Assembly (NCBI GenBank): GCA_043809425.1
Contig: JAZDDV010000070.1
Coordinates: 1 to 54,029, forward strand
Reading direction: 5' to 3'
Source: Candidatus Micrarchaeota archaeon
Lineage (GTDB): Archaea > Micrarchaeota > Micrarchaeia > Anstonellales > Bilamarchaeaceae
DNA: 54,029 nt
Every line of letters begins with the position of its first letter. Positions within the stretch are counted from its first letter, which is position 1. Below are positions 25,233 to 34,511 of the stretch, piece by piece. The notes under the pieces were generated by a model. It was not told the DNA's origin. It did no database searches and saw only the letters and a list, made by a program, of their open reading frames with translations. Position numbers and translations under genes: made by a program.

Positions 25233-26109
25233 CTGTCGTGTTGCCCTTTATCTTGCGAATAAGGTCCCTCAGGAGCTGGTTTGCCTGCTTTATCTGATCC
25301 CAGGTCTGCTGGAATTCGCCTTCTTCATATGGTCTGCCTTTGGAGGCTTTGGTTGCGGCGCTGTCGAGCAGTGAGTTTATCTGATCAACATCAGAGCTGT
25401 AGCCTTTTTCCACCGCGCTGTCTTTCACAGCATTAAGTATCGCTCTGTCGCGCTCTATAGCGAATCTTGCCCTTGCATGCATATGCTCACCGCGGATCTG
25501 CTCGCGCATGTCTTTGAGCGCAGTCAGGTCACCTGCGTTTATGGCGTTCTGCAGCGCTGCAATCTGCGCATCAACATCCACCAGTACTTCCTGCATCTTT
25601 GAGGTATCATACCCCTTGGCAGACATGTTGTTTACAATATCCTGTCCGTGGTCCCTGAAGTACTGGGCGTCTGCAACCTCGCTTTTGGCGAAATCAAGCG
25701 CAGCAATCTGCAAACAATCAGTTTCAGTTTGTTTGGCAGCCGTGAAATCACTGCGTGCCTGTTCCTTCACTTCATTGGGTTGCTGCGCCAGCTGTCTCTT
25801 TGCGTCTCGCAATGTGCTGAGAGCATCCTTCGCGTCAGCACGCAGGCTGTCCATCACACTCCTGAAATCTGTCTTGCTGCCTGAATCAGCTGCAGATTTT
25901 AATGCCGCCAGATCGCTGGTTAGCTTTGGCGAAACCGAGCTGTCAACAGTTACATTGTAGCCAGGCGCCTGGTCCAGCAGGGTCGTCAGCAGGGTTACCC
26001 TGCAACTCACCATATCATATTTCTTATCCATTAGTTCCTGCAAGCTCACGGGTGGCGCCGCAAATGCAAACACCGTCAACAGGAGCAGCACAAAAATCTC
26101 TTTTTTCAT
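25225..26109 (-). CDS. Secreted all-alpha-helical protein (hypothetical)
   Basis: Signal peptide MKKEIFVLLLLTVFAFA, then long A/D/K/Q-rich helices. Start taken at ATG 26109; the track start is 26121. Confidence 0.6.
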   Translation of the reverse strand: MKKEIFVLLLLTVFAFAAPPVSLQELMDKKYDMVSCRVTLLTTLLDQAPGYNVTVDSSVSPKLTSDLAALKSAADSGSKTDFRSVMDSLRADAKDALSTLRDAKRQLAQQPNEVKEQARSDFTAAKQTETDCLQIAALDFAKSEVADAQYFRDHGQDIVNNMSAKGYDTSKMQEVLVDVDAQIAALQNAINAGDLTALKDMREQIRGEHMHARARFAIERDRAILNAVKDSAVEKGYSSDVDQINSLLDSAATKASKGRPYEEGEFQQTWDQIKQANQLLRDLIRKIKGNTTGA

Positions 26110-26217
26110 TTTTATCACCAAATCAACCTGCGAATCGCGTATTTAAATAAATAGTTTCGCAAAAGCTTTCCCTGGCAGGTTGAAAAGGTTTTTATGCCTT
26201 GATTCCCATTCAGAAAC

Positions 26218-26955
26218 ATGCGTTTGCTGCTATTCATGTTACTTTCGCTTACTTTTCTACATTCAGCCACAATTTCTGGCGACATTTACAGTGCCGAAGA
26301 CCTTGAGGGGCTTAACAGGACCATCATAAAGATCAGCGGCCCGCAGGAAATCCAGTTCGTTGCCAAAGAGGATAACTATTCTGTTGCACTGCCGAGAGGA
26401 AACTATGTTATTACTGCCTATTACTATGAAGGCAGCAAACTGAAATACTACTCTACCGAGAAGATGGCAGTGGGCGATAACGACGCCAAATTCGACATAA
26501 TATTGTTCTCACCAGGGGAATGGGACGGTTTTGTTGATACTACCAGCGAAATAAACAGCAGCGAATTGGACAGCATCAGCAGCAAACAATCGGCAGCACA
26601 GGATTTTACGTTTTATCTGGTCGTTGCCGCCGTTATAATTGCTGTTGTACTACTGCTGTTTTGGTACAGCAAAAAGAAAAAGGCAGAACCGGCTGCGTCT
26701 ACCAAGCCAGAAGCAAAAAGCATCGAGAAAGAACAGGAGCCATTCGAACTCGATGAGGATGCAAAAAAAGTGCTTCAGATCATCGAGACCAATGAAGGAA
26801 GGATGTTGCAAAGAGAGCTGCGTGACATTCTCAAGTTTTCCGAGACAAAAATGAGCCTGCTGCTGTCAGAACTTGAGGTGGGCGGACTGGTGAAAAGAAT
26901 AAAGAAGGGACGCGGTAATATTATCAAACTCATAAAGAGGGATAAAAATGGTTAG
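26218..26955 (+). CDS. Signal peptide + CarboxypepD_reg-like beta-sandwich ectodomain + TM + cytoplasmic winged-helix (membrane-anchored regulator)
   Basis: ISGDIYSAEDLEGLNRTIIKISG...LPRGNYVITAYY (carboxypeptidase-regulatory-like). TM helix FYLVVAAVIIAVVLLLFWY. The wHTH is KKVLQIIETNEGRMLQRELRDILKFSETKMSLLLSELEVGGLVKRIKKGR. Confidence 0.6.
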   Translation: MRLLLFMLLSLTFLHSATISGDIYSAEDLEGLNRTIIKISGPQEIQFVAKEDNYSVALPRGNYVITAYYYEGSKLKYYSTEKMAVGDNDAKFDIILFSPGEWDGFVDTTSEINSSELDSISSKQSAAQDFTFYLVVAAVIIAVVLLLFWYSKKKKAEPAASTKPEAKSIEKEQEPFELDEDAKKVLQIIETNEGRMLQRELRDILKFSETKMSLLLSELEVGGLVKRIKKGRGNIIKLIKRDKNG

Positions 26956-28033
26956 TATCGCAACTTTAGGAAGCCACTCTGCTCTTGACGTGAGCGAGGG
27001 TGCGAAGGCAGAAGGATTCAAATCAATTGTGGTGTGCCAGAAAGGCAGGGAAAAAACCTATGCTGATTACTATAAATCGCGCAAGCGCGGTGATGAGCAG
27101 GTCGGCGTAGTCGACGAGATTATCCTGCTTGATAAGTTCAAGGATATTATAGCTGAAAAAAATCAGAAACAGCTGCTTGATCAGGATGCGTTATTCATTC
27201 CGAATCGCTCTTTTGCAGTTTACGTCGGCTATGATGCCATAGAAAAAGATTTTCAGGTGCCGGTATTCGGTAACAAGCATCTACTCAGGGCAGAAGAGCG
27301 CGACGTGGAAAAGAACCAGTACTACCTTCTGGAAAAGGCAGGCATACGTTTTCCGCAGGAGATTAAGTCGCCAAAGAGCATTGACCGGCTTTCCATAGTC
27401 AAGGTAAGCGAAGCTCGACGCAGCTACGAGCGGGCGTTCTTCCTTGCCTCAAGCTACGAAGATTATCATGAGAAAAGCAGGGAGATGCTTGCCGAAGGAA
27501 AGATAACTGCAGAAGCGCTGAAAAAGGCGAAAATCGAAGAGTATATCATCGGCGCCTACTTCAACCTTAACTTCTTTTATTCTCCGATTAGCGAAGAGCT
27601 TGAGCTGCTTGGCGTTGACATGCGCAGGCAGACAAATCTGGATGGTTTCCTCAGGCTGCCTGCAGACCAGCAGATGGAAGTTTCGAAGTACATGACGCCG
27701 ACTACTATTGAAGTGGGCCATGTTGCATGTACATTGCGTGAATCGCTGCTAGAGCAGGCGTTTGAGATCGGCGAGAAGTTCGTTGCGGCAACAAAAAAGA
27801 CCTACAAAGACGGTTTGATCGGTCCATTTGCACTGCAAGGCGCGCTTGAAGAGAAAGACGGCGAGAACTTTGTCTGCTTTGATGTTTCGCTAAGAATACC
27901 CGGTTCGCCAGGTACGCGCTTTACACCCTATTCGGATTATCTTTTCCGCAGAAGCGTAAGCTTCGGGCGAAGAATAGCCATGGAAGTGAAGGCTGCTGAA
28001 AAAGTGAACAAATTTGACCTAATAACTACCTAA
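26948..28033 (+). CDS. purP: 5-formaminoimidazole-4-carboxamide ribonucleotide (FAICAR) synthetase
   Basis: IATLGSHSALDVSEGAKAEGF, FIPNRSFAVYVGYD, VPVFGN, IEEYIIGAYFNLNFFYSP and ELLGVDMR match the archaeal PurP pattern. Confidence 0.9.
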   Translation: MVSIATLGSHSALDVSEGAKAEGFKSIVVCQKGREKTYADYYKSRKRGDEQVGVVDEIILLDKFKDIIAEKNQKQLLDQDALFIPNRSFAVYVGYDAIEKDFQVPVFGNKHLLRAEERDVEKNQYYLLEKAGIRFPQEIKSPKSIDRLSIVKVSEARRSYERAFFLASSYEDYHEKSREMLAEGKITAEALKKAKIEEYIIGAYFNLNFFYSPISEELELLGVDMRRQTNLDGFLRLPADQQMEVSKYMTPTTIEVGHVACTLRESLLEQAFEIGEKFVAATKKTYKDGLIGPFALQGALEEKDGENFVCFDVSLRIPGSPGTRFTPYSDYLFRRSVSFGRRIAMEVKAAEKVNKFDLITT

Positions 28034-28685
28034 GCAGCCGTTCGGCTTTAGCCTCAGTGAAATCCTTTATTTTCATATCTGGTTTGCAGCCGGCTTCTTC
28101 CACGTCAGCAGGCGCTTCAATGGCAACAAGAAACATGCCTGCAGCTTTCGCAGCCAGGCAGCCGGAAATGGAATCTTCAAATACGATGCATTCTGCTGCA
28201 GCAACACCAAGCTTCTTTGCGCCGGTAAGATAGCATTCCGGGTCAGGTTTTCTTTTTTCGTAGTCTTCCCTGCCTAAGATAATAGCGAAATATTTTTCCA
28301 TTTTAAGTACTTGAAGTGCTACTGCGATATTTGATTTGTGGCCGCCTGAGACAACCGCCATCGTTATTCCGTTTTTCCCGGCTGCTTCCAGAAATTTTCT
28401 AATGCCCCCTTTCTCCTGCAGCCTTCCCTCCACAATCCTTTTCTGGAAAAGGTCACGGCGTGCATCGACCAGTAGTCTGATTTTTTCTTCATCTACAATG
28501 CCTTTTTCGGCAAGTAGTGTTTTCATAATGTGCGGACTACCGACACCTACAAATTCAGTGTACCAGCGCCTTTCCGGAATAACTATGCCGAATGGCTTCA
28601 CAATTTCGCGGAAAGTCTCAAGGTGCAGCGGCTCCGAGTCCACGAGTACGCCGTCAAAATCAAAAAGAAACGCCTTGCAAACCAT
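28026..28685 (-). CDS. HAD superfamily hydrolase (beta-phosphoglucomutase/phosphatase-like, subfamily IA)
   Basis: FLFDFDGVLVDSE (DxDG), VVSGG, KPDPE and FEDSISG motifs. Confidence 0.8.
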   Translation of the reverse strand: MVCKAFLFDFDGVLVDSEPLHLETFREIVKPFGIVIPERRWYTEFVGVGSPHIMKTLLAEKGIVDEEKIRLLVDARRDLFQKRIVEGRLQEKGGIRKFLEAAGKNGITMAVVSGGHKSNIAVALQVLKMEKYFAIILGREDYEKRKPDPECYLTGAKKLGVAAAECIVFEDSISGCLAAKAAGMFLVAIEAPADVEEAGCKPDMKIKDFTEAKAERLLR

Positions 28686-28688
28686 ATT

Positions 28689-30110
28689 TCAGCCCTTGAT
28701 GATGTCGCTAGACGATACTTTTTTGCCCTCTTCGCTTACCAAGTCTATGAGTTTTATTTTACCGCCGTAGCTTTCCACTATCCGTGCTTCAGGCAATGCT
28801 TCTTCTTTGTAATCCCTGCCTTTTGCATAGACTTCTGGTTTGAGCAGCTCCACCAGGTACTCGGGCGTATCCGTATCAAAAATAACCACATAATCTACGA
28901 ATGGCATTGCCGCAAGCAGTTCAGCGCGGCCATGCTGCGGTATTTTCGGTCTGCCTGCACCTTTTAGTTTTTTCACTGATGTATCGCTATTCAAGCCGAC
29001 AATAAGCACATCTCCCATCTCTCTTGCTTTTTTCAAGAAGTAAATATGCCCGTGATGCAGCACATCAAAACAGCCGTTCGTGAAAACTATCTTCTTGCCA
29101 GCTGCCCTTAGTCTGTCAACTGCTTTTTTCAGTTCTGCTTCAGAAAGCACCTTCCTGCTTTCAATATCTGTAACTGCTTTTATCTCCTCAAGTGAAACTG
29201 GCACTGCGCCGCGCTTGGAAACTTTTATCGATGCAGCCACATTGGACAGGAGCGCTGCATTCTGTATGCTCGCACCGCATGCCCAGGCGACAGTAAATGC
29301 AGCCATAACCACGTCTCCTGCGCCGGTAATATCGATAACGTCCTTTGCTTCTGCCTTCAGATGCAGCAGTTCTTCACCAATGAATGTCATTCCTTTCTCA
29401 GACCGGGTTAGCAGCAAGTCAGCTTTCAATTCATCCCTGATTTTTCTTCCTGCCCTGACAACATCCGCATCTTCATTCTGAATCTTTTCACCGTATTCTG
29501 CAGCCAGCTTCTGCAATTCCTTGAAGTTCATTTTCATCAGGTCAACTTTACCTGCAAATAACTGGACATTCTCCGGCTTTACGTCTGCTATTTTTTTCTT
29601 GCCTTTTATCTTCAGGAACTCAGTCAGGCTGCCTTTGTTGAGCATGCCCTTGTTGTAATCAGAATAGATAACCGCGTCAAACTCTTTTTTCAGCCGCTTG
29701 ACAATGAAGCCGGCAGTTTCACGGCTTACTGGTTCCCGACTTTCCACATCTTCCCTTGCCAATAACATCTTCGTTTCCGTATCCACAAACCTGCGCTTGA
29801 CTGTTGTCGGCCTACCGTCGCGTTCTATGACGACTTGGATGCCATTGTCATCTGCCAGCCGGTCTATCTCTCCATCCTGGGCTACGCCCGCAAGAGTCGC
29901 ATTGGCACCCAATGCACGGATGTTATGGGCTATATTTCCCGCACCGCCAAGCCTCTTCTCAACCTTTAGCAGGTCCCACACCATGAACGGGCCTTCCGGC
30001 GTTTTCCGTTCGGTTTTGCAGTAGTGATACTCGTCTATCATTACATCTCCGACAACCAGGATTGCAATCTTCTCGCCATTGGCCTCTATTTGCTCTATGG
30101 TAGTTTTCAA
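28689..30110 (-). CDS. hldE: Bifunctional HldE/RfaE-like heptose 7-phosphate kinase / heptose 1-phosphate adenylyltransferase
   Basis: TTG start. Collinear with E. coli HldE by eye: VVGDVMIDEY (Ec VVGDVMLDRY), GGAGNIAHNI, DITGAGD, then FTNGCFDVLHHGHIYFL (HxGH), LIVGLNSD and KGRDY. Confidence 0.85.
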   Translation of the reverse strand: MKTTIEQIEANGEKIAILVVGDVMIDEYHYCKTERKTPEGPFMVWDLLKVEKRLGGAGNIAHNIRALGANATLAGVAQDGEIDRLADDNGIQVVIERDGRPTTVKRRFVDTETKMLLAREDVESREPVSRETAGFIVKRLKKEFDAVIYSDYNKGMLNKGSLTEFLKIKGKKKIADVKPENVQLFAGKVDLMKMNFKELQKLAAEYGEKIQNEDADVVRAGRKIRDELKADLLLTRSEKGMTFIGEELLHLKAEAKDVIDITGAGDVVMAAFTVAWACGASIQNAALLSNVAASIKVSKRGAVPVSLEEIKAVTDIESRKVLSEAELKKAVDRLRAAGKKIVFTNGCFDVLHHGHIYFLKKAREMGDVLIVGLNSDTSVKKLKGAGRPKIPQHGRAELLAAMPFVDYVVIFDTDTPEYLVELLKPEVYAKGRDYKEEALPEARIVESYGGKIKLIDLVSEEGKKVSSSDIIKG

Positions 30111-30142
30111 GAGAACACCAATGAGACTGTGCTGGAAAAAGG

Positions 30143-30150
30143 TTTAAAAA
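30143..30150. promoter_or_regulatory. TATA-like TTTAAAAA with purine-rich BRE-like GAAAAAGG upstream; promoter of the 5S rRNA, possibly shared with divergent hldE
   Basis: Its centre is about 27 nt upstream of the 5S 5' end (30174) and about 36 nt from the hldE TTG (30110). Confidence 0.45.
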
Positions 30151-30173
30151 GAGCGCTATTCATAATAAATATC

Positions 30174-30286
30174 GTTAGCGGCCATAGGAAGGAGGAAACA
30201 CCCGTTCCCATTCGAACACGGAAGTTAAGCTCCTTCACGGCGTTGCCAGTACTGTGCTTCGCACGGGAAAACGCGCTGCTGCTGAC
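30174..30286 (+). rRNA. 5S ribosomal RNA (stand-alone)
   Basis: GTTAGCGGCCATAGGAAGGAGGAAACACCCGTTCCCATTCGAACACGGAAGTTAAGCTCC...GCTGCTGAC. Helix I closes 5' GTTAGCGGC with 3' GCTGCTGAC. It has the conserved CCCATTC-GAAC and GAAGTTAAGC loops and a T-rich tract downstream. Ends are +/- a few nt. Confidence 0.9.
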
Positions 30287-30363
30287 ACTTATATTTCTCT
30301 AATCCTGTATTTTCCTTCACACTAGAATTAGTTCTATCCTGTTGATCTTAGAGCTTTTTAGCT

Positions 30364-31152
30364 TTAGAGCTGGACTTTCTTTCCGCTGGCATCTCGTTTG
30401 CTGCTTCCGAACTCAGGTTCTTTAAGCAGCATTTCACCGTTGAAAACAGGACCGTCTGCGCAGACGCGGTAGCGGCCAATCATGCAGGAGCCGCACACGC
30501 CAAGGCCGCACTTCATGTAACGCTCCAGGCTTGCTTCGCATGGCGTTTTTGCTGCTATTGCAGCTTTAACTACGGCCGCCATCATTTTTTCCGGGCCGCA
30601 TGTGTAGATTCTATCTGCTTTTCCAGTTGCCTGCATGCCAACAAGCGTATTGCCCTTCACGCCTTCGCTGCCATCATCAGTTGTGAGTATGACTTTTTGA
30701 GATATCATTTCCAGTCTCTTGCCATAGAACAAATGTGTTTTGGTTCTTGCGCCAAAAACTATGGTTACTTTTGCGCCCTCTACTTTGGCTGCTTTTGCGA
30801 GGAAATGCAAAGGCGCCATTCCTGTTCCACCGCCAATAAGCAGCACTTTTTCGCCTTTTTTTGGCAATGTGAAGCCGCGACCAAACGGTCCGCGGAAAGA
30901 AATCCTGTCGCCTTTTTTCAATGAGCGCATCGCATTGGTGAATTCGCCAAGATGAGCTACAGTAAGCATAAGCGGATTGCAATCGGCAACTCCCATGGGC
31001 CGTTCGCCTATTCCCGGCATCCACAGCATGATGAACTGGCCTGGTGTTGCATTCAGTTTGCAATCAAGCTCATAAGTAGTTACGTTATCAGTTTCCTTTA
31101 TGACATTCGCTATCTTCGCGCTTATCATTTCTTTGCTAACCATGCGCCGCAC
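30364..31152 (-). CDS. pyrK: Dihydroorotate dehydrogenase electron-transfer subunit
   Basis: FAD/NAD-binding ferredoxin-reductase-like fold (GGGTGMAP) and a C-terminal 2Fe-2S motif (CGLGVCGSCMIGRYRVCADGP). Overlaps the pyrD stop. Confidence 0.88.
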   Translation of the reverse strand: MRRMVSKEMISAKIANVIKETDNVTTYELDCKLNATPGQFIMLWMPGIGERPMGVADCNPLMLTVAHLGEFTNAMRSLKKGDRISFRGPFGRGFTLPKKGEKVLLIGGGTGMAPLHFLAKAAKVEGAKVTIVFGARTKTHLFYGKRLEMISQKVILTTDDGSEGVKGNTLVGMQATGKADRIYTCGPEKMMAAVVKAAIAAKTPCEASLERYMKCGLGVCGSCMIGRYRVCADGPVFNGEMLLKEPEFGSSKRDASGKKVQL

Positions 31153-32053
31153 CTCTGATATCTTTCACATCCTTGCAGCCATGCTCGCGCAGCCACTCGC
31201 CGAGTTCATCAGCAACTTTCTTGAAAACCTTCGGCGTTCTATAGATCACGCCGGTGCCTATGCCAAGCGCTGTTGCGCCTGCCATGATATATTCCACGGC
31301 ATCTTCGCCGGTTACTATGCCGCCTGTTGCGATGATTGGGATGTCAACTGCCGCGTAAATGTCATAAACGCAGCGAACTGTCAGCGGTTTTATCGCCGGG
31401 CCGCTTAATCCGCCGCGTCCAAATCCAATTGTCGGTCGCCTGCGCTCCAAATCTATTTTCATACCAGGCCCGATGGTATTCCCCATGTTGATTGCAGCTG
31501 CGCCTGCTTCTTCTGCAGCTTTCACAGCAGCCACTTCAGCTGGTGCTGAGGGCGACAGCTTAATTATGAGCGGGAGTTTGCAATTGTTTTTTATCGCTTC
31601 TGTGACTTTTCGGACATAATCCGGTCCTGTCTGGTCTGCCATGAGCCCGTAGCCAGGGGTATGCGGGCAGGAAATTGCGGCTTCGACAGCGGCGGGCTTG
31701 AATTTTGATTTTTCGACTTTTTCAGCAAGCGCGGCGAATTCACCCGCATCTTTGCCTGCAATGCTCAGAATTAGCGGCTCAGGCCGTTTCCAACCAGAGA
31801 ATTCCTTTAACCCTTCGTCTATACCTGGATTAGGATAGCCCATAGCATTGAGCAGGCCGCAGTCCACTTCAACGATATTCGGGCCCGGATGGCCTTTGCG
31901 CGGCTCGAGCGTAAGTGATTTTGTTGTTACTGCGCCAGCGCCGTCTTCTGCGACCCGTTCCAGGCTGCCGCTGGTGGTGCTTAGAACGCCTGATGCAAGC
32001 GCAGTGGGATTTTTCCAACGTTTCCCGAAAAGTTCTATTTCGATCATCATCAT
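31136..32053 (-). CDS. pyrD: Dihydroorotate dehydrogenase (class 1B catalytic subunit)
   Basis: NPTALASG, AVTTKS, LNAMGYPNPG, GGLSGPAIKP and ATGGI motifs. Confidence 0.92.
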   Translation of the reverse strand: MMMIEIELFGKRWKNPTALASGVLSTTSGSLERVAEDGAGAVTTKSLTLEPRKGHPGPNIVEVDCGLLNAMGYPNPGIDEGLKEFSGWKRPEPLILSIAGKDAGEFAALAEKVEKSKFKPAAVEAAISCPHTPGYGLMADQTGPDYVRKVTEAIKNNCKLPLIIKLSPSAPAEVAAVKAAEEAGAAAINMGNTIGPGMKIDLERRRPTIGFGRGGLSGPAIKPLTVRCVYDIYAAVDIPIIATGGIVTGEDAVEYIMAGATALGIGTGVIYRTPKVFKKVADELGEWLREHGCKDVKDIRGAAHG

Positions 32054-32196
32054 TTATTCCTGCGGCAGATATTAAAAACATGAAGGTCGCCGGGCCGGTA
32101 CCTCTGCAAAACACCAGAAAACGCGCTTCGTTCTTTGTCGTTTTCCTTTCAGATAACTTTTTATAGCAGATGGAGCGAAATTTGTGCGGTGAATTT

Positions 32197-33291
32197 ATGC
32201 GGATAGTGGTAAAACTCGGCAGTTCCCTGCTCACTACCAAAGACGGCCTTAACAGCGAACGCATCCGTCAGTTTGCAGGCCAGCTTGCGAACTCACCGCA
32301 TAAGATCGTCATTGTAACTTCCGGTGCCATTGCTACGGGCATGAAAAAGCTTGGCATGAAGCAAAAGCCACCGGATATCTCCATGCAGCAGGCGCTTGCC
32401 GCAGTCGGCCAGAGCTCGCTTATGCGCGAATATGAGAAGGCATTTGACGGTAAGAAAATACTTGCCCAGGTGCTGCTCACAAACTATGATTTTTCCGAAA
32501 GGATGCGCTACCTCAACGTACAGAACACGCTGCTCACGCTCATGAAGCGTGACATAATCCCTGTGATAAATGAGAATGACACGGTAACGGTGGGCGACAT
32601 CAGGAAACTTGCTTTTGGCGACAATGATTCTCTTGCCACACACGTGGCCATAGCTGTCTATGCAGACTTGCTGATTATTTTCACTGATGTGGAAGGCCTT
32701 TACACAAAAAATCCAAAAGAGGCCGGCGCAGAGCTGATACGCGTCGTGGAACAGATTAGTGAAAAGGAATTCGAGATGTGCTCGGGCGCCAACGTGGTTG
32801 GCAAGGGCGGCATGCTTTCAAAGCTGAACTCTGCTAAAAAGGCAACCGAAGCAGGAATCAAAGTCATCATTGCAAACGGCACTGTTGAAAACGCAGTCGA
32901 GCAGGCTCTGGATGGAAAGATCGGTACCACGTTCATGCCAATAAAAAAAATCAATCCGCGAAAATACTGGCTTGCATTTGCTTCAGAGCCAAAAGGCAAG
33001 CTCTTCATCAACTCAGGCGCTGAAAAGGCGGTTCTTGAGGAAAAACGGAATCTCCTGCCAGTTGGCATAGTCGGTTCCGAGGGTGACTTCAAGAAAGGCG
33101 ACGTCGTGGAAATCCTGAATGAAAAAAGAAACGTGATTGCCAAGGGCGTGACAAATTATTTTTCTGCTGAGATTTCCAAGATAAAAGGGTTGGACGAGGA
33201 CATGGTGTTCGCCACCCTTGGCTATGCCTACCGGGAGGCGGTGTCCCGTGCCAGCATGGTCCTTATGAAAGGTGAAAAAAATGGAGAATAA
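32197..33291 (+). CDS. proB: Glutamate 5-kinase (with C-terminal PUA domain)
   Basis: MRIVVKLGSS, VTSGAIA, ENDTV and GDNDSLA motifs. TATA-like CTTTTTATAG at 32157-32166 is too close to the track start 32170, which supports ATG 32197. Confidence 0.92.
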   Translation: MRIVVKLGSSLLTTKDGLNSERIRQFAGQLANSPHKIVIVTSGAIATGMKKLGMKQKPPDISMQQALAAVGQSSLMREYEKAFDGKKILAQVLLTNYDFSERMRYLNVQNTLLTLMKRDIIPVINENDTVTVGDIRKLAFGDNDSLATHVAIAVYADLLIIFTDVEGLYTKNPKEAGAELIRVVEQISEKEFEMCSGANVVGKGGMLSKLNSAKKATEAGIKVIIANGTVENAVEQALDGKIGTTFMPIKKINPRKYWLAFASEPKGKLFINSGAEKAVLEEKRNLLPVGIVGSEGDFKKGDVVEILNEKRNVIAKGVTNYFSAEISKIKGLDEDMVFATLGYAYREAVSRASMVLMKGEKNGE

Positions 33292-34507
33292 AAATTTCAT
33301 TCTTGAAAAGCTTGAAAGGGCAAAAAAGGCAAGTGTTGCTCTTGCCCAGTTGTCCACTTCTGAAAAAAATGCCATGCTGCTGGCAATGGCAGACGCACTG
33401 GAACAAAATTCGCAGGAAATTCTCGCCGCAAACAAAAAGGACCTGGCCGCTGCCCGTCTAACGGAAAGCCTGCGGGACAGGCTTATGCTTAACGAGGAAA
33501 GGATCAGGTCCATCGCAGATGATTTGAGAAAAGTCGCAGCGCTTCCTGATCCGGTTGGCCAGGAGGAAGGGTGGCAGGTTCAGAACGGACTGAAAATCCG
33601 CCGGGTGCGGGTGCCGCTTGGCGTCGTCGGCGTAATCTACGAATCACGGCCGAATGTGACTGTGGATGTGGCAGCGCTTTGCCTAAAAAGCGGAAATGCA
33701 GCAGTGCTTCGCGGAAGCAGCTTAGCGCTCAACTCCAATCGTGCAATCGTAAATGTCATTTCAAAAACCGTGCCCTCAGGCGCAGTTGAACTAATTGACA
33801 GTGAAGACCGTTCTGCGGTTGATGTTCTGATGGCTGCGCGCGACTATCTTGATGTGCTTATTCCAAGGGGCGGGCCAGAACTGATAAGCCACGTAGTCAA
33901 CAATTCCAAGGTTCCGGTAATAGAGACGGGTGCAGGCAACTGCCACATATTTGTTGACGAATCTGCTGATCTAGACGCGGCGGAGCGCATAGTGATAAAC
34001 GCAAAATGCCAGAGGCCCGGCGTTTGCAATGCTGCTGAAAAGCTGCTGGTGCATGAAAAGATAGCAAAGGAGTTTCTTCTGCGCATTGCCCAGGCACTGA
34101 AGAAAAACAAAGTCGAGCTTCGGGTCTGTGAAAAAACCGCAAAAATATTAAAGGGCGAGAAGCTTGCAACAGAAGAGGACTGGGGTAGGGAATTCCTTGA
34201 CCTTATAATCGGCATAAAAATCGTGGGCAATGTTGATGAGGCCATCGCGCACATCAATCGATACAACACCAAGCATACGGAGGCAATACTTACAAACGAT
34301 TACAAAAATGCGGAAAAGTTCTCAAAGATGATTGATGCTGCCGTGGTAATGGTAAACGCATCAACGCGTTTCACCGATGGCGGCCAATTCGGGCTTGGCG
34401 CAGAAATCGGCATAAGCACGCAGAAAATGCATGCCCGCGGCCCCATGGGGCTCAGGGAACTCACAACCTGCAAATACGTTGTGAGCGGGCAGGGGCAGAC
34501 AAGGTGA
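33272..34507 (+). CDS. proA: Gamma-glutamyl phosphate reductase
   Basis: GVIYESRPNVT, NAAVLRGS, CNAAEKLLVH and HTEAI motifs. Confidence 0.93.
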   Translation: MKKMENKNFILEKLERAKKASVALAQLSTSEKNAMLLAMADALEQNSQEILAANKKDLAAARLTESLRDRLMLNEERIRSIADDLRKVAALPDPVGQEEGWQVQNGLKIRRVRVPLGVVGVIYESRPNVTVDVAALCLKSGNAAVLRGSSLALNSNRAIVNVISKTVPSGAVELIDSEDRSAVDVLMAARDYLDVLIPRGGPELISHVVNNSKVPVIETGAGNCHIFVDESADLDAAERIVINAKCQRPGVCNAAEKLLVHEKIAKEFLLRIAQALKKNKVELRVCEKTAKILKGEKLATEEDWGREFLDLIIGIKIVGNVDEAIAHINRYNTKHTEAILTNDYKNAEKFSKMIDAAVVMVNASTRFTDGGQFGLGAEIGISTQKMHARGPMGLRELTTCKYVVSGQGQTR

Positions 34508-34511
34508 ATTC

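Noticed and set aside
30024-30302. 92-aa ORF from the track
   Set aside because: It is fully explained by the 5S rRNA gene and its promoter on the same strand. The translation has no protein-like features.
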